Part shown: positions 38,824 to 46,931 of the stretch, piece by piece
How positions within the stretch are numbered: the first letter of the stretch is position 1
Layout: each line of letters opens with the position of its first letter
DNA from: Burkholderiales bacterium
GTDB taxonomy: Bacteria > Pseudomonadota > Gammaproteobacteria > Burkholderiales > WYBJ01
DNA length: 64,000 bases
Reading direction: 5' to 3'
NCBI GenBank assembly: GCA_020848435.1
Contig: JADLAC010000043.1
Span: forward strand, 64,670-128,669
Translations under genes and position numbers: made by a program
The notes under the pieces: model-generated
The model's input: the letters and a program-made list of their open reading frames with translations, nothing else
What the model was told of the DNA's origin: nothing
Database searches by the model: none

Positions 38824-38988
38824 ATGATGTTCAGAATCTTCGCCGGCATCATCGCAATCGTGCTGATGCTCGCCTACCTCGTCCCGCCCGCGATCAAGCT
38901 GAAGGACCTCGCGCTCGTGCTCGTGATCGCGCTCGGCGTGGTGTTGATGCTGGTCGATCTGTACCAATCACTGCGCGAGCGGGAATGA
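38824..38988 (+). CDS. Small (54-aa) two-TM membrane protein, not in the supplied ORF track
   Basis: Hand translation gives MMFRIFAGIIAIVLMLAYLVPPAIKLKDLALVLVIALGVVLMLVDLYQSLRERE*. GGAG lies 6 nt upstream of the ATG. Third codon positions are G/C-rich like the neighbours. It starts 18 nt after the amidase stop. Confidence 0.55.
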   Translation: MMFRIFAGIIAIVLMLAYLVPPAIKLKDLALVLVIALGVVLMLVDLYQSLRERE

Positions 38989-39018
38989 GGCGCTCGAGCC
39001 TCGCGCTCGATGCGTGCT

Positions 39019-39891
39019 TCAGCCTCGCGTCTCGATCCGGCGCATCAGTGCCACCACCCGGCGCGCCTTCTCCACGATCGGATAGTCGACGAACTGGCCG
39101 TCGACCCGGATCGATGCGAGCCCGCCGCGTTCGGCCTCCTCGAACGCCGCCACGACCTTGAGCGCGCGCGCGTGCTCTTCCGCGCTCGGCGTGAAAACCT
39201 CGTGCACGACCGCGAGCTGATCGGGATGGATGCACATCCGGCCCTGGAATCCCATGACGAGCGAGGTCCGTACCGAAGCACGCAAGCCGTCGAGGTCTTG
39301 CAACCGTGCCCACACGGTGTCGATGGGCGGCTCGATACCCGCGACGCGCGAGGCGAGCACGATGGCCGCACGCGCTGGCGCCAATTCGGTCTCCTCGCGC
39401 GTCCACTGCATGTTCATGTCGAGCGTATAGTCGGCCGCGCCGAACACCACGCGCTTCACGCGCGTGCGACTGGCGCAGATCGCGTCGATCCGTGCCACGC
39501 CCTTGCCGGTTTCGATGATGGGGATGAGATCCACGCTGCCGAGCGGCATGCCGCGCTCGCGCTCGAGGGATCGCATGAGCCAGTCGATCGTGCGCACGTC
39601 GGAGGCGCTTTCGGCTTTCGGCAGCACGATGCCGTCGAGCCCAGGCTGCACGACAGCGACCAGGTCGCGGTAGCACCACTCGGTCTCCAGCGCGTTAATG
39701 CGCACGTAAGCCAAGCACTTGCGCGGCCGCGATAGCGCAGCGGCGAGGGCGGCGCGCGCCGCGGGCTTCTCAGCGGCCGCCACGGCGTCCTCTAGATCCA
39801 GGATGACCGCGTCGGCATCCAATCCGAGCGCCTTGTCGACACGCCGCGCGTTGTTGCCCGGCACGAACAGCATGCTGCGAAGAATCGTCAT
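39019..39891 (-). CDS. HpcH/HpaI aldolase / citrate-lyase beta subunit-like (CitE-like) acyl-CoA lyase
   Basis: Start at MTILRSMLFVPGNN. DAVILDLEDAV, PKAES and IETGKG motifs of CitE/malyl-CoA lyase-type enzymes. 290 aa. Confidence 0.8.
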   Translation of the reverse strand: MTILRSMLFVPGNNARRVDKALGLDADAVILDLEDAVAAAEKPAARAALAAALSRPRKCLAYVRINALETEWCYRDLVAVVQPGLDGIVLPKAESASDVRTIDWLMRSLERERGMPLGSVDLIPIIETGKGVARIDAICASRTRVKRVVFGAADYTLDMNMQWTREETELAPARAAIVLASRVAGIEPPIDTVWARLQDLDGLRASVRTSLVMGFQGRMCIHPDQLAVVHEVFTPSAEEHARALKVVAAFEEAERGGLASIRVDGQFVDYPIVEKARRVVALMRRIETRG

Positions 39892-39911
39892 CTCGGTCAC
39901 CTCGATCGTCG

Positions 39912-40478
39912 TCACTTGATCAGTGCGAGCAGCGCGCGCAGCTGCGGGTGCTCGGCATGATCGAGCCATTCGAACAGCACCATTTCGGTCGTCACCACCG
40001 GAATCTGCGCCGCGCGCAGCCGCTCCAGCGCCAGCGCGTGGGAGTGCGCGCGGCGCGAGCCGCACGCGTCCGCGACCACGTAAGGCCGATAGCCGCGCTC
40101 GGCGAAACCCAACGCGCTTTGCAGCACGCACACGTGGGCTTCCATGCCCGCCAACACGATCTGCGGGCGATTGATCGCGGCGATGCGCTGCGCGAGGGCG
40201 GGCTCGTCGGCGGCGCAGAAATGCACCTTGCGCACGATCGCCTCCGCCGCCACGCGCGCGCGCAAAGCACCGAGCGTGGGTCCGAGCCGCTCGGGGCAAT
40301 GCTCGGTGAGCGCCACTGGCACGCGCAGCAAAGCAGCCGCTTGCAGCAACACGGCGCAGTGCGCGATCACCCTCTCGGCATCTTCGATCGCCGGCGCGAG
40401 ACGCTCGTGCACGTCGACGAGGAGCAATACGGAGCGCGCGGCGCGCAGTCTGAGCCCGAGCGGCGCGGCCGCGCGCAC
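39912..40478 (-). CDS. Isochorismatase-family hydrolase (start uncertain, no in-frame ATG)
   Basis: SVLLLVDVHE..., ...QIVLAGMEAHVCVLQSAL... (catalytic Cys) and YVVADACGS. Candidate GTG starts at 40478 or 40553. Confidence 0.65.
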   Translation of the reverse strand: MRAAAPLGLRLRAARSVLLLVDVHERLAPAIEDAERVIAHCAVLLQAAALLRVPVALTEHCPERLGPTLGALRARVAAEAIVRKVHFCAADEPALAQRIAAINRPQIVLAGMEAHVCVLQSALGFAERGYRPYVVADACGSRRAHSHALALERLRAAQIPVVTTEMVLFEWLDHAEHPQLRALLALIK

Positions 40479-40629
40479 CGCCGCCGCCGAGCGTGCCAGG
40501 CGTGCGGCAGCCCGCGCACGGCCATGCGTGCGCCGCTTGCGCTTCGCCTTCACTCGAAACCCGCGAATGCGGCCAACGGTTCGCGCGGCGCGGGCGCGCT
40601 GCGAATCACCTCGCCGGCGCAGACCCCGC

Positions 40630-41829
40630 TCATATCGCCCCGCGCGCGCGCAGCTCGGCAATGCGCTCGTCGCCATAGCCCAATGCGCGCAGTACCTCGT
40701 CGGTATGCTCGCCCAGTTTCGGCGCGGCGGCGTGCGGTAATTCCTCGCCGTTGACGCGGATCGGCCCGTCGACCAGGCGCACCGTCCGCTGCTCGCCGGC
40801 ATAACGGTAATCGGCGACGCGCTGCTGGTCGCGCACGAAGCTCGAGTCGAGCGCCTGGCCGACGTCATTGACCGGGGCCGCAGGTACCTTGCCCGCGAAA
40901 CGGGCGAGCCATGCGCGCGTATCCATGCGCACGAGCTCGCGCTCCAGCATCTCGGTCACCTCGGTGCGGTGCTCGAGGCGCGCTGCGAAGTCCGCACAGC
41001 GCGGATCGGTGCGCCATTCGGGATGGCCGAGCTCCTCGGCGAGGACTCCCCAAAAACGTTCCTTGTTGCACATGATCATGATCCAGCCGTCGCGCGTGCG
41101 GTACAGTTGCGACGGCGTGAGCGAGGGATGCGCGGAGCGCGCCTCGCGACCCTGCACCACGCCCGCGTTGAGATACCAGGTCGCGGGATAGTTGAGATTA
41201 TGCAGAGCGACATCGAACAGGCAGACGTCGATGTCGCGACCGATGCCGCTCGCACGCGCGCCGGTAACGGCCGCGAGCAAGGCGAAGGCGGCGGTGAGTC
41301 CGGTCACCAGATCGACGATCGAGACACCGAACTTGCAAGGCGGTCCGTCCGGCTCGCCGGTGAGCGACATCAAGCCGGCTTCGGCCTGCATCAGGTAGTC
41401 GTATCCCGGCCAGTTCGTACGCGAGCCCTCTCGCCCGTAGGCGGAAAGATGCGCGCACACGATACGCGGATTGGCGCCCTTCAAGTCATCGTAGGTGACA
41501 CCGAGTGAGCGCGGCAGATCGCCGCGCAAGTTGTCGAGCACCGCGTCGGCCGAGCGCGCGAGATCGTGCAGCACGCCGCGGGCGGCGTCATGCTTGAGGT
41601 TGAGCGTCACGCTCTTCTTGTTGCGGTTGAAGGTCTGGAAGAAATGGCTGTCGCCGGTTCCGAAGAAATACGGACCGACGTAGCGGCCGACGTCGCCGCC
41701 GTCGGCGGGATTCTCGATCTTGAGCACCTCCGCTCCTAGGTCGGCGAGGTAGGCGCTACCCCACGGCCCGGCGCCGTACTGCTCGATGGCGATGACGGTG
41801 AGCCCGGCGAGCGGCAGCGTCATCGCCAC
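40630..41829 (-). CDS. CaiB/BaiF family (class III) CoA-transferase
   Basis: LAGLTVIAIEQYGAGPWGSAYLADLGAEVLKIENP and DNLRGD are typical of family III CoA-transferases. 399 aa. Confidence 0.85.
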   Translation of the reverse strand: MAMTLPLAGLTVIAIEQYGAGPWGSAYLADLGAEVLKIENPADGGDVGRYVGPYFFGTGDSHFFQTFNRNKKSVTLNLKHDAARGVLHDLARSADAVLDNLRGDLPRSLGVTYDDLKGANPRIVCAHLSAYGREGSRTNWPGYDYLMQAEAGLMSLTGEPDGPPCKFGVSIVDLVTGLTAAFALLAAVTGARASGIGRDIDVCLFDVALHNLNYPATWYLNAGVVQGREARSAHPSLTPSQLYRTRDGWIMIMCNKERFWGVLAEELGHPEWRTDPRCADFAARLEHRTEVTEMLERELVRMDTRAWLARFAGKVPAAPVNDVGQALDSSFVRDQQRVADYRYAGEQRTVRLVDGPIRVNGEELPHAAAPKLGEHTDEVLRALGYGDERIAELRARGAI

Positions 41830-42063
41830 CGTCCTCGCGCTGAACGGCGCGCGCCGAGGTCGCGCTCGGCGCCGCCAATGCCGGTCACGAATGCTGCATC
41901 CGTGGCTCGGTCTCGAATCACTGCGTGCGGCGCGCGTGCATCAGCGACAGTCGGCGCGGCGAATTGCGCTCGCGCCCGCGCGGCGTGATGCGCACTGGAG
42001 GCCACGACAGGCGATGCCGATGCGATGCGCGAAAGGAGTAGCGATGCGCGCACGCAAGCGTGG

Positions 42064-42906
42064 TTACGCCGCATGGCCGCCATCTCCCGCGCGCCTTGGG
42101 CTCGGCTCGGGCCCCGGCGTGGCGCTGCCGCGAATCCGCTCCTGCAATTCATCCATGCGATCGAACCGCTCCTTGAGCTCACGGTGCCAGTCCTCGAGCA
42201 CGCGCAGCCAATCGTTGGCGCCGTCTTCGCGCGTGAAGCGCTCGGTCTCCGGGCTCGCGGCGGCGCGTTGCAAGGGCTCGGCGCGCGTCGTGGCCGCGGG
42301 GTTCGCGGGGGCGTCCGCGGGCGCCGCCGCCGGCAAGCCGGCCACTTGCGCGCCCAGTGCCTGCATGCGTTCCTCGATGCGAATGAAGCGCTCGTTCAAT
42401 GCGGCGATGTGGTAGTTCTTCAGCTTGAGCTCGCGCCGCATGCGTTCCAGCTCCTCGCGTTTGCCCCGGTACTGATCGCGCGCATCCGCGACGATGCGCT
42501 CGTTACGCTCCAGCGTCGCCTCCTGGCGCGCCAGCTCGTCCTTGAGCGCACGCAACACCGCGCCGACACCCTCGCCCAGCGAGCCCTTGATCGGTGCAGC
42601 CCATTCGTCGAATTCGCGCCGTCGCGCGACGTGCACCTTCACCAGGTCGCGCAGTTGCTCGATTCGCGTCCGCTGCTCGTCGAGCTGGGCGCTGAGCGCG
42701 GCGATCTCGGCGTCGAGCTCATGGCCGCGCGCGAGCGCCCGCGCCAAGTCGCGCTCGCGGGCATCGCAGGCTGCCTGCAGGCGATCGCGGCTGCCCCGCA
42801 GTCGCGCCAGCGTCCGGCCGCGCAGCCACCAGGCGAGCGCAATCCCGCTCGCCAAGGCGAGCGCCGCCGCCGCCAGGGTCGCGACGTGCGTGTCCGCTTC
42901 GATCAT
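42064..42906 (-). CDS. Membrane-anchored coiled-coil protein (unknown function)
   Basis: One N-terminal TM helix (VATLAAAALALASGIALAWWL), then about 170 aa rich in R/E/L/A heptad-like sequence, then an A/P-rich linker and an acidic C-terminus. I recognise no catalytic motif. Start is ATG 42906 or GTG 42924. Confidence 0.5.
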   Translation of the reverse strand: MIEADTHVATLAAAALALASGIALAWWLRGRTLARLRGSRDRLQAACDARERDLARALARGHELDAEIAALSAQLDEQRTRIEQLRDLVKVHVARRREFDEWAAPIKGSLGEGVGAVLRALKDELARQEATLERNERIVADARDQYRGKREELERMRRELKLKNYHIAALNERFIRIEERMQALGAQVAGLPAAAPADAPANPAATTRAEPLQRAAASPETERFTREDGANDWLRVLEDWHRELKERFDRMDELQERIRGSATPGPEPSPRRAGDGGHAA

Positions 42907-42945
42907 CGTGCAAGCACCGCGCACGCTGCCATGCCGGGTCTCGTT

Positions 42946-44088
42946 TCAGGCCGGGTTACGCTTCACCAATTGGCGCGCGATGATGATGCGTTGCAGCTCG
43001 TTGGTACCCTCCCCGATCGCGAGCAAGGGCGCATCGCGGTAATAGCGCTCGATGTCGTACTCCTTCGAGTAGCCATAGGCGCCATGAATGCGCATGGCTT
43101 CCAGCGCGTTGTCGAGCGCCGCCTCGGTCGCAAACAGCTTCGCCATGCCGGCTTCCATGTCGCAGCGCTCGCCCCGGTCGTAGGCGCGGGCGGCCGCGTC
43201 GGTCAACAGGCGCGAGGCTTCCAGCCGTGTGGCCATGTCGGCGAGCTTGATCTGGATCGCCTGGTGCTCGCAGATCGGCTTGCCGAACGTCCTGCGCGTC
43301 TGCGCGTAGCGAACGGCGTCCTCGAGCGCGGCACGGGCGATGCCCACGCCGCGGGCGGCGACGTTGATGCGCCCCAGCTCGAGCCCGCCGAGCACCTGCT
43401 TGAGCCCGTGTCCTTCGATTTCTCCGACCAGGTTCGCGGCCGGCACGCGGTACCCCTGGAACACAAGCTCGGCGCTGTCGATGCCCTTGTAACCGAGCTT
43501 GTCGAGCTTGCGGCTCGCCTCGAACCCCTGACCCTTCTCGCAAATGAAAACGCTCATGCCGCGATGGCGCGGCTCGGCGTGCGGGTCGGTCTTGACCAAC
43601 AGCGCGACGCAGTGCCCCTGGATGCCATTGGAGATCCAGGTCTTGGTGCCGTCGACGACGTAGTGATTGCCCTCGCGCCGCGCGCTCGTGCGTATGGCCT
43701 GCAAGTCGGTGCCGCAATCCGGCTCGGTCAGCGCCAATCCGCCCCGAAGCTCGCCGGATGCGAAGCGCGGCAGGAAGCGCGCCTTCTGTGCCTCGGTGCC
43801 CGCGCGCTGCACCAGGGCCGCCATGATGAGATGCGAGTTGATGATGCCGGCGACCGACATCCAGACCGCCGAGATGCGCTCGATGATGCTGGCGTACACG
43901 GCCGCACCCAGGCCCAGGCCGCCGAAGCGCTCCTCGATGATGCAGCCGAACAATCCCATGGCGCGCATCTTTTCCACTATCTGCGCCGGCCAGGTGTCCG
44001 CGTGCTCGAGCTCGCGCGCCACCGGGCGCACCTCGCGCTCGATAAACCGATCGACGGCATCGAGCAGGCTGCGATCCTTGTCATCCAT
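42946..44088 (-). CDS. Acyl-CoA dehydrogenase
   Basis: 380 aa. ACAD N, middle and C-terminal domains, with the catalytic-base region ...IGEGTNELQRIIIAR. Confidence 0.9.
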   Translation of the reverse strand: MDDKDRSLLDAVDRFIEREVRPVARELEHADTWPAQIVEKMRAMGLFGCIIEERFGGLGLGAAVYASIIERISAVWMSVAGIINSHLIMAALVQRAGTEAQKARFLPRFASGELRGGLALTEPDCGTDLQAIRTSARREGNHYVVDGTKTWISNGIQGHCVALLVKTDPHAEPRHRGMSVFICEKGQGFEASRKLDKLGYKGIDSAELVFQGYRVPAANLVGEIEGHGLKQVLGGLELGRINVAARGVGIARAALEDAVRYAQTRRTFGKPICEHQAIQIKLADMATRLEASRLLTDAAARAYDRGERCDMEAGMAKLFATEAALDNALEAMRIHGAYGYSKEYDIERYYRDAPLLAIGEGTNELQRIIIARQLVKRNPA

Positions 44089-44111
44089 GGGTGGGCTTTC
44101 CGAGGGTCACT

Positions 44112-44211
44112 GGGGTCAGGTCGCTGCGGTCGGGTCTTGCATGTCGCACGACGGCACTCGCCAGAGCGCAGCCAATATCGATAAACCGTGCAACGTGCAA
44201 GACCTGACTCC
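44112..44211. repeat. Inverted-repeat (REP/MITE-like) element, copy A
   Basis: The left arm is GGGGTCAGGTC (44112-44122) plus GTCTTGCATGTCGCA (44134-44148), interrupted by an 11-nt insertion. The right arm is TGCAACGTGCAAGACCTGACTCC (44189-44211). The element lies between MaoC and the acyl-CoA dehydrogenase. Confidence 0.8.
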
Positions 44212-44241
44212 AACGACGATCAGCGCGGAAGCGGCCGTGCA

Positions 44242-44763
44242 TCATGCCGCGTCCGGACGATCCTCGATGCCGTGACCGCGCTTCGGTATCAACGCCGAGC
44301 GCTCGAAGGTCATGAACACGCTGCCGTCGGCCTTGCGACCCGTGGTGCGCACGGTGACGATGCCCTGGGTCGCGCGCGTGCGCGATTCGCGCTTGGCAAT
44401 GACTTCGGACTCGGCGTAGACGGTATCGCCCGGAAACACCGGCGCGGTCAAGCGCAGCTTGTCGATGCCCAGGTTCGCGATCGCCTTGGCGCTCACGTCG
44501 GCCACGCTCATGCCGAGCACGATCGCGATCGTGAGCGCGCTATTCACCAGGCAGCGGCCGAACTCGCTCTTCGCGCCGTAGGCCGCATCGCAGTGTAGCG
44601 GGTGGAAGTTCATCGTCATGAGCGAGAAGTTGATGTTGTCGGCATCCGTGATGGTACGCCCGGGACGATGCTCGTACACGTCGCCGATCTCGAACTCCTC
44701 GAAATAACGGCCGTGGCTCTCCCGATAGCGCTGGGGGCCGACGGGGCGCGCGAAAGCTACCAT
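44242..44763 (-). CDS. MaoC-family (R-specific) enoyl-CoA hydratase/dehydratase
   Basis: Start at MVAFARPVG with RBS GGGAGG. Hot-dog fold motifs (FEIGDVYEH...TITDADNINFSLMTMNFHPLHCD). Confidence 0.8.
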   Translation of the reverse strand: MVAFARPVGPQRYRESHGRYFEEFEIGDVYEHRPGRTITDADNINFSLMTMNFHPLHCDAAYGAKSEFGRCLVNSALTIAIVLGMSVADVSAKAIANLGIDKLRLTAPVFPGDTVYAESEVIAKRESRTRATQGIVTVRTTGRKADGSVFMTFERSALIPKRGHGIEDRPDAA

Positions 44764-44810
44764 GCATGCCTCCCTGTACCGCGTCGCTGCGTCGACCCGG
44801 TGCAACATCC

Positions 44811-44907
44811 GCCTCAGTTGGGGTCACGCCTCAGTTGGGGTCAGGCGTTGCACCTTGCATGGACCGGCGCAACATCATTGCTTGTGCAACGTGCAAGACC
44901 TGACCCC
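44811..44907. repeat. Inverted-repeat (REP/MITE-like) element, copy B, with a 17-bp-period terminal duplication
   Basis: GCCTCAGTTGGGGTCA occurs at 44811-44826 and again at 44828-44843. The left arm is GGGGTCAGGCGTTGCACCTTGCA (44837-44859). A 25-nt spacer follows. The right arm is TGCAACGTGCAAGACCTGACCCC (44885-44907). Confidence 0.85.
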
Positions 44908-45158
44908 AAGCACCCCAACCACGCCGCCAGTCTCGATCATCGCCGTACGGGCTGTCAAGACGAGCGCCGGGCCGCGCGTCGCGAGCCTGATACCCTCTTC
45001 GCCGTGATACTCTCGCAATCGCGCCGGCTTGGCGCAGGCGCGCTCGGTGCATGTCCGCCAGGATGCCGCCGCGGCGCGCTGAACCACAGCTCGTTGCGCA
45101 TGCACGCGCGGTTGAATCCTGCCGTGCGCTGATCGCTTCCCGTATCAAGGAGGATGAT

Positions 45159-46142
45159 GTGGCTGCAAGAGCTTACCTCGCCTGCCTCGCGCTGATCGCG
45201 CCCATGCTGGCTCAATCCGCGACGGCAGCCGCTGCCGAGGGCTCGGACTATCCGAATCGGCCGGTGCGCTGGGTCGTGCCGTTCGCGCCCGGCGCATCGA
45301 ACGACATCATCGCGCGGCTGCTGGCGCAGAAGATCGGCGATAGCCTCGGCCAGCAGTTCATCATCGACAACCGCGGCGGTGCGGGCGGGCTGGTCGGCGG
45401 CGAGATCGTGGCTAAGGCATCCCCCGACGGCTACACCCTGCTGTCGGCGAACCCAGGGCCGAACGTCAACAACATCCTGCTGCGCAAGAAGCCGCCGTAC
45501 CGGTTCGAAGACTTCACGCCTATCGTGTTCTTCGGTTATGCGCCGCTCATCATCGTCGCCAATTCGAAGTTTCCGCCGAGCACCGCCAGCGAGCTGGTCG
45601 AGTACGCGCGCGCCAATCCCGGCAAGCTTTCCTGGGCCTCCTCCGGCGTGGGCTCGAGCCTGCACATCGGGCTGGAGCTGTTCCGCGCCGCCACCAGGAT
45701 CCACGTCACGCACGTGCCGTACAAAGGCACGGCGCCGGCATTCATCGACATCGTCAGTGGCCAGGTCAACACCATGTACACTACCTCGGTGAGCGCCGAG
45801 ACCCATCTCAAGGCCGGGCGCCTGAAGGCGCTCGCCATCGCCGCCAAGAAGCGCCAGAGCGTGCTGCCGAACTTGGCCACGCTGGAAGAGCAAGGCATCA
45901 AGAATGCCGAGGCGATCGTCTGGTTCGGGCTCGCCGGGCCAGCCAAGCTGCCGCGCGCGATCGTGCAGAAGCTCAATGCCGAGGTGAACAAGGCACTCAC
46001 GGCGGCCGATGCCAAGCAGCGTCTGGATCAGCTCGGACTGGAGATCGGCGGCGGCACGCCGGAGGACTTCACCCAGTTCATGAATACCGAAGCCGAGCGC
46101 CTGCGTGGCTTGATCAAAGCGGGCGCGGTGACGCCTGAGTAA
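45159..46142 (+). CDS. Bug-family (TctC-like) substrate-binding protein
   Basis: In-frame GTG start 5 nt after AAGGAGG. Signal peptide AYLACLALIAPMLAQSATA, then YPNRPVRWVVPFAPGASNDIIAR. Confidence 0.8.
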   Translation: MAARAYLACLALIAPMLAQSATAAAAEGSDYPNRPVRWVVPFAPGASNDIIARLLAQKIGDSLGQQFIIDNRGGAGGLVGGEIVAKASPDGYTLLSANPGPNVNNILLRKKPPYRFEDFTPIVFFGYAPLIIVANSKFPPSTASELVEYARANPGKLSWASSGVGSSLHIGLELFRAATRIHVTHVPYKGTAPAFIDIVSGQVNTMYTTSVSAETHLKAGRLKALAIAAKKRQSVLPNLATLEEQGIKNAEAIVWFGLAGPAKLPRAIVQKLNAEVNKALTAADAKQRLDQLGLEIGGGTPEDFTQFMNTEAERLRGLIKAGAVTPE

Positions 46143-46148
46143 GGAATG

Positions 46149-46214
46149 AATGGGACGCACACTATTTCCGCAGGGACACTGTTTCCGGGGGCGGGAACAG
46201 CGTGCGTCCCCATT
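46149..46214. repeat. Complex hairpin / alternative-pairing element between convergent genes
   Basis: AATGGGACGCAC (46149-46160) pairs with GTGCGTCCCCATT (46202-46214). There is also an inner stem, CACTGTTTCC-gggggc-GGGAACAGCGTG. The 3' segment is complementary to two upstream segments. Confidence 0.6.
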
Positions 46215-46216
46215 TG

Positions 46217-46930
46217 TCAGGAGCGCTGTCGCGCCCTCGCATGGCACTGCGACGAATCCGCCTCGGCGGCGAGGCTCCCCGCGCGTGCCACGATCACGTG
46301 CACGCGATACGGGCCGTGCGCGCCGAGCACGATGGTCTGCTCGATATCGGCGGTGCGCGAGGGTCCCGATACGAAGTTCACCGACCGCGGCCAGCGTGGC
46401 TGTTCGGCGCGAAGCAGTGCGAAGGCATCTTCCATGCAGCGCACGATACGCGCCGCATGAACGATCGCGATATGCGTCTCCGGCAATAAGCTGTTGGACG
46501 GCGGCGCCGATGCGCCCGAGACCATGACGAGCGTGCCTGTTTCGGCGATGGCGCAATAACTCCCCGTGATCCCGACCAGGTCGTGGGCCTGCGCACGGCG
46601 CGCCTCGGCATGGATGCCCGCTCCTTGCCAGTCGAGACGGGCCAACTCGGGCGACACTACCGCTTGGGGCAAGAGCCCCTGCGCCGCGAGATAGCGGGCG
46701 ACCGCCGCCGGCACGCCAGCCATCGTCTCGGCGTCGTCGAGCGTCGACGACAGCAGCAGCGCACGGCTCTGAAAGCGAGCGAGCAGATCCCAGTCGGCAC
46801 CGGGACACGGTCCCGAGGAATGCGCCGCGATGTAGGCGGCGAGCGCCCCTTGTTGCGCCTGGGGCGGCGCCCCGCTGCGGCCGAGCGCGGCGCGCACCGA
46901 AGCGAGAATGCGATCGCGCGCGCTGCTCAC
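46217..46930 (-). CDS. lutC: LutC/YkgG-family (LUD domain) lactate utilisation protein C
   Basis: GITGSYCAIAETGTLVMVS...LLPETHIAIV...SGPSRTADIEQTIVLGAHGP. The GTG start is 1 nt downstream of the mmsA stop. Confidence 0.8.
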   Translation of the reverse strand: MSSARDRILASVRAALGRSGAPPQAQQGALAAYIAAHSSGPCPGADWDLLARFQSRALLLSSTLDDAETMAGVPAAVARYLAAQGLLPQAVVSPELARLDWQGAGIHAEARRAQAHDLVGITGSYCAIAETGTLVMVSGASAPPSNSLLPETHIAIVHAARIVRCMEDAFALLRAEQPRWPRSVNFVSGPSRTADIEQTIVLGAHGPYRVHVIVARAGSLAAEADSSQCHARARQRS

Positions 46931-46931
46931 G

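Noticed and set aside
42025-44184. 719-aa ORF antisense to the coiled-coil protein and the acyl-CoA dehydrogenase
   Set aside because: Same shadow-ORF reasoning. It also runs through intergenic repeat copy A.
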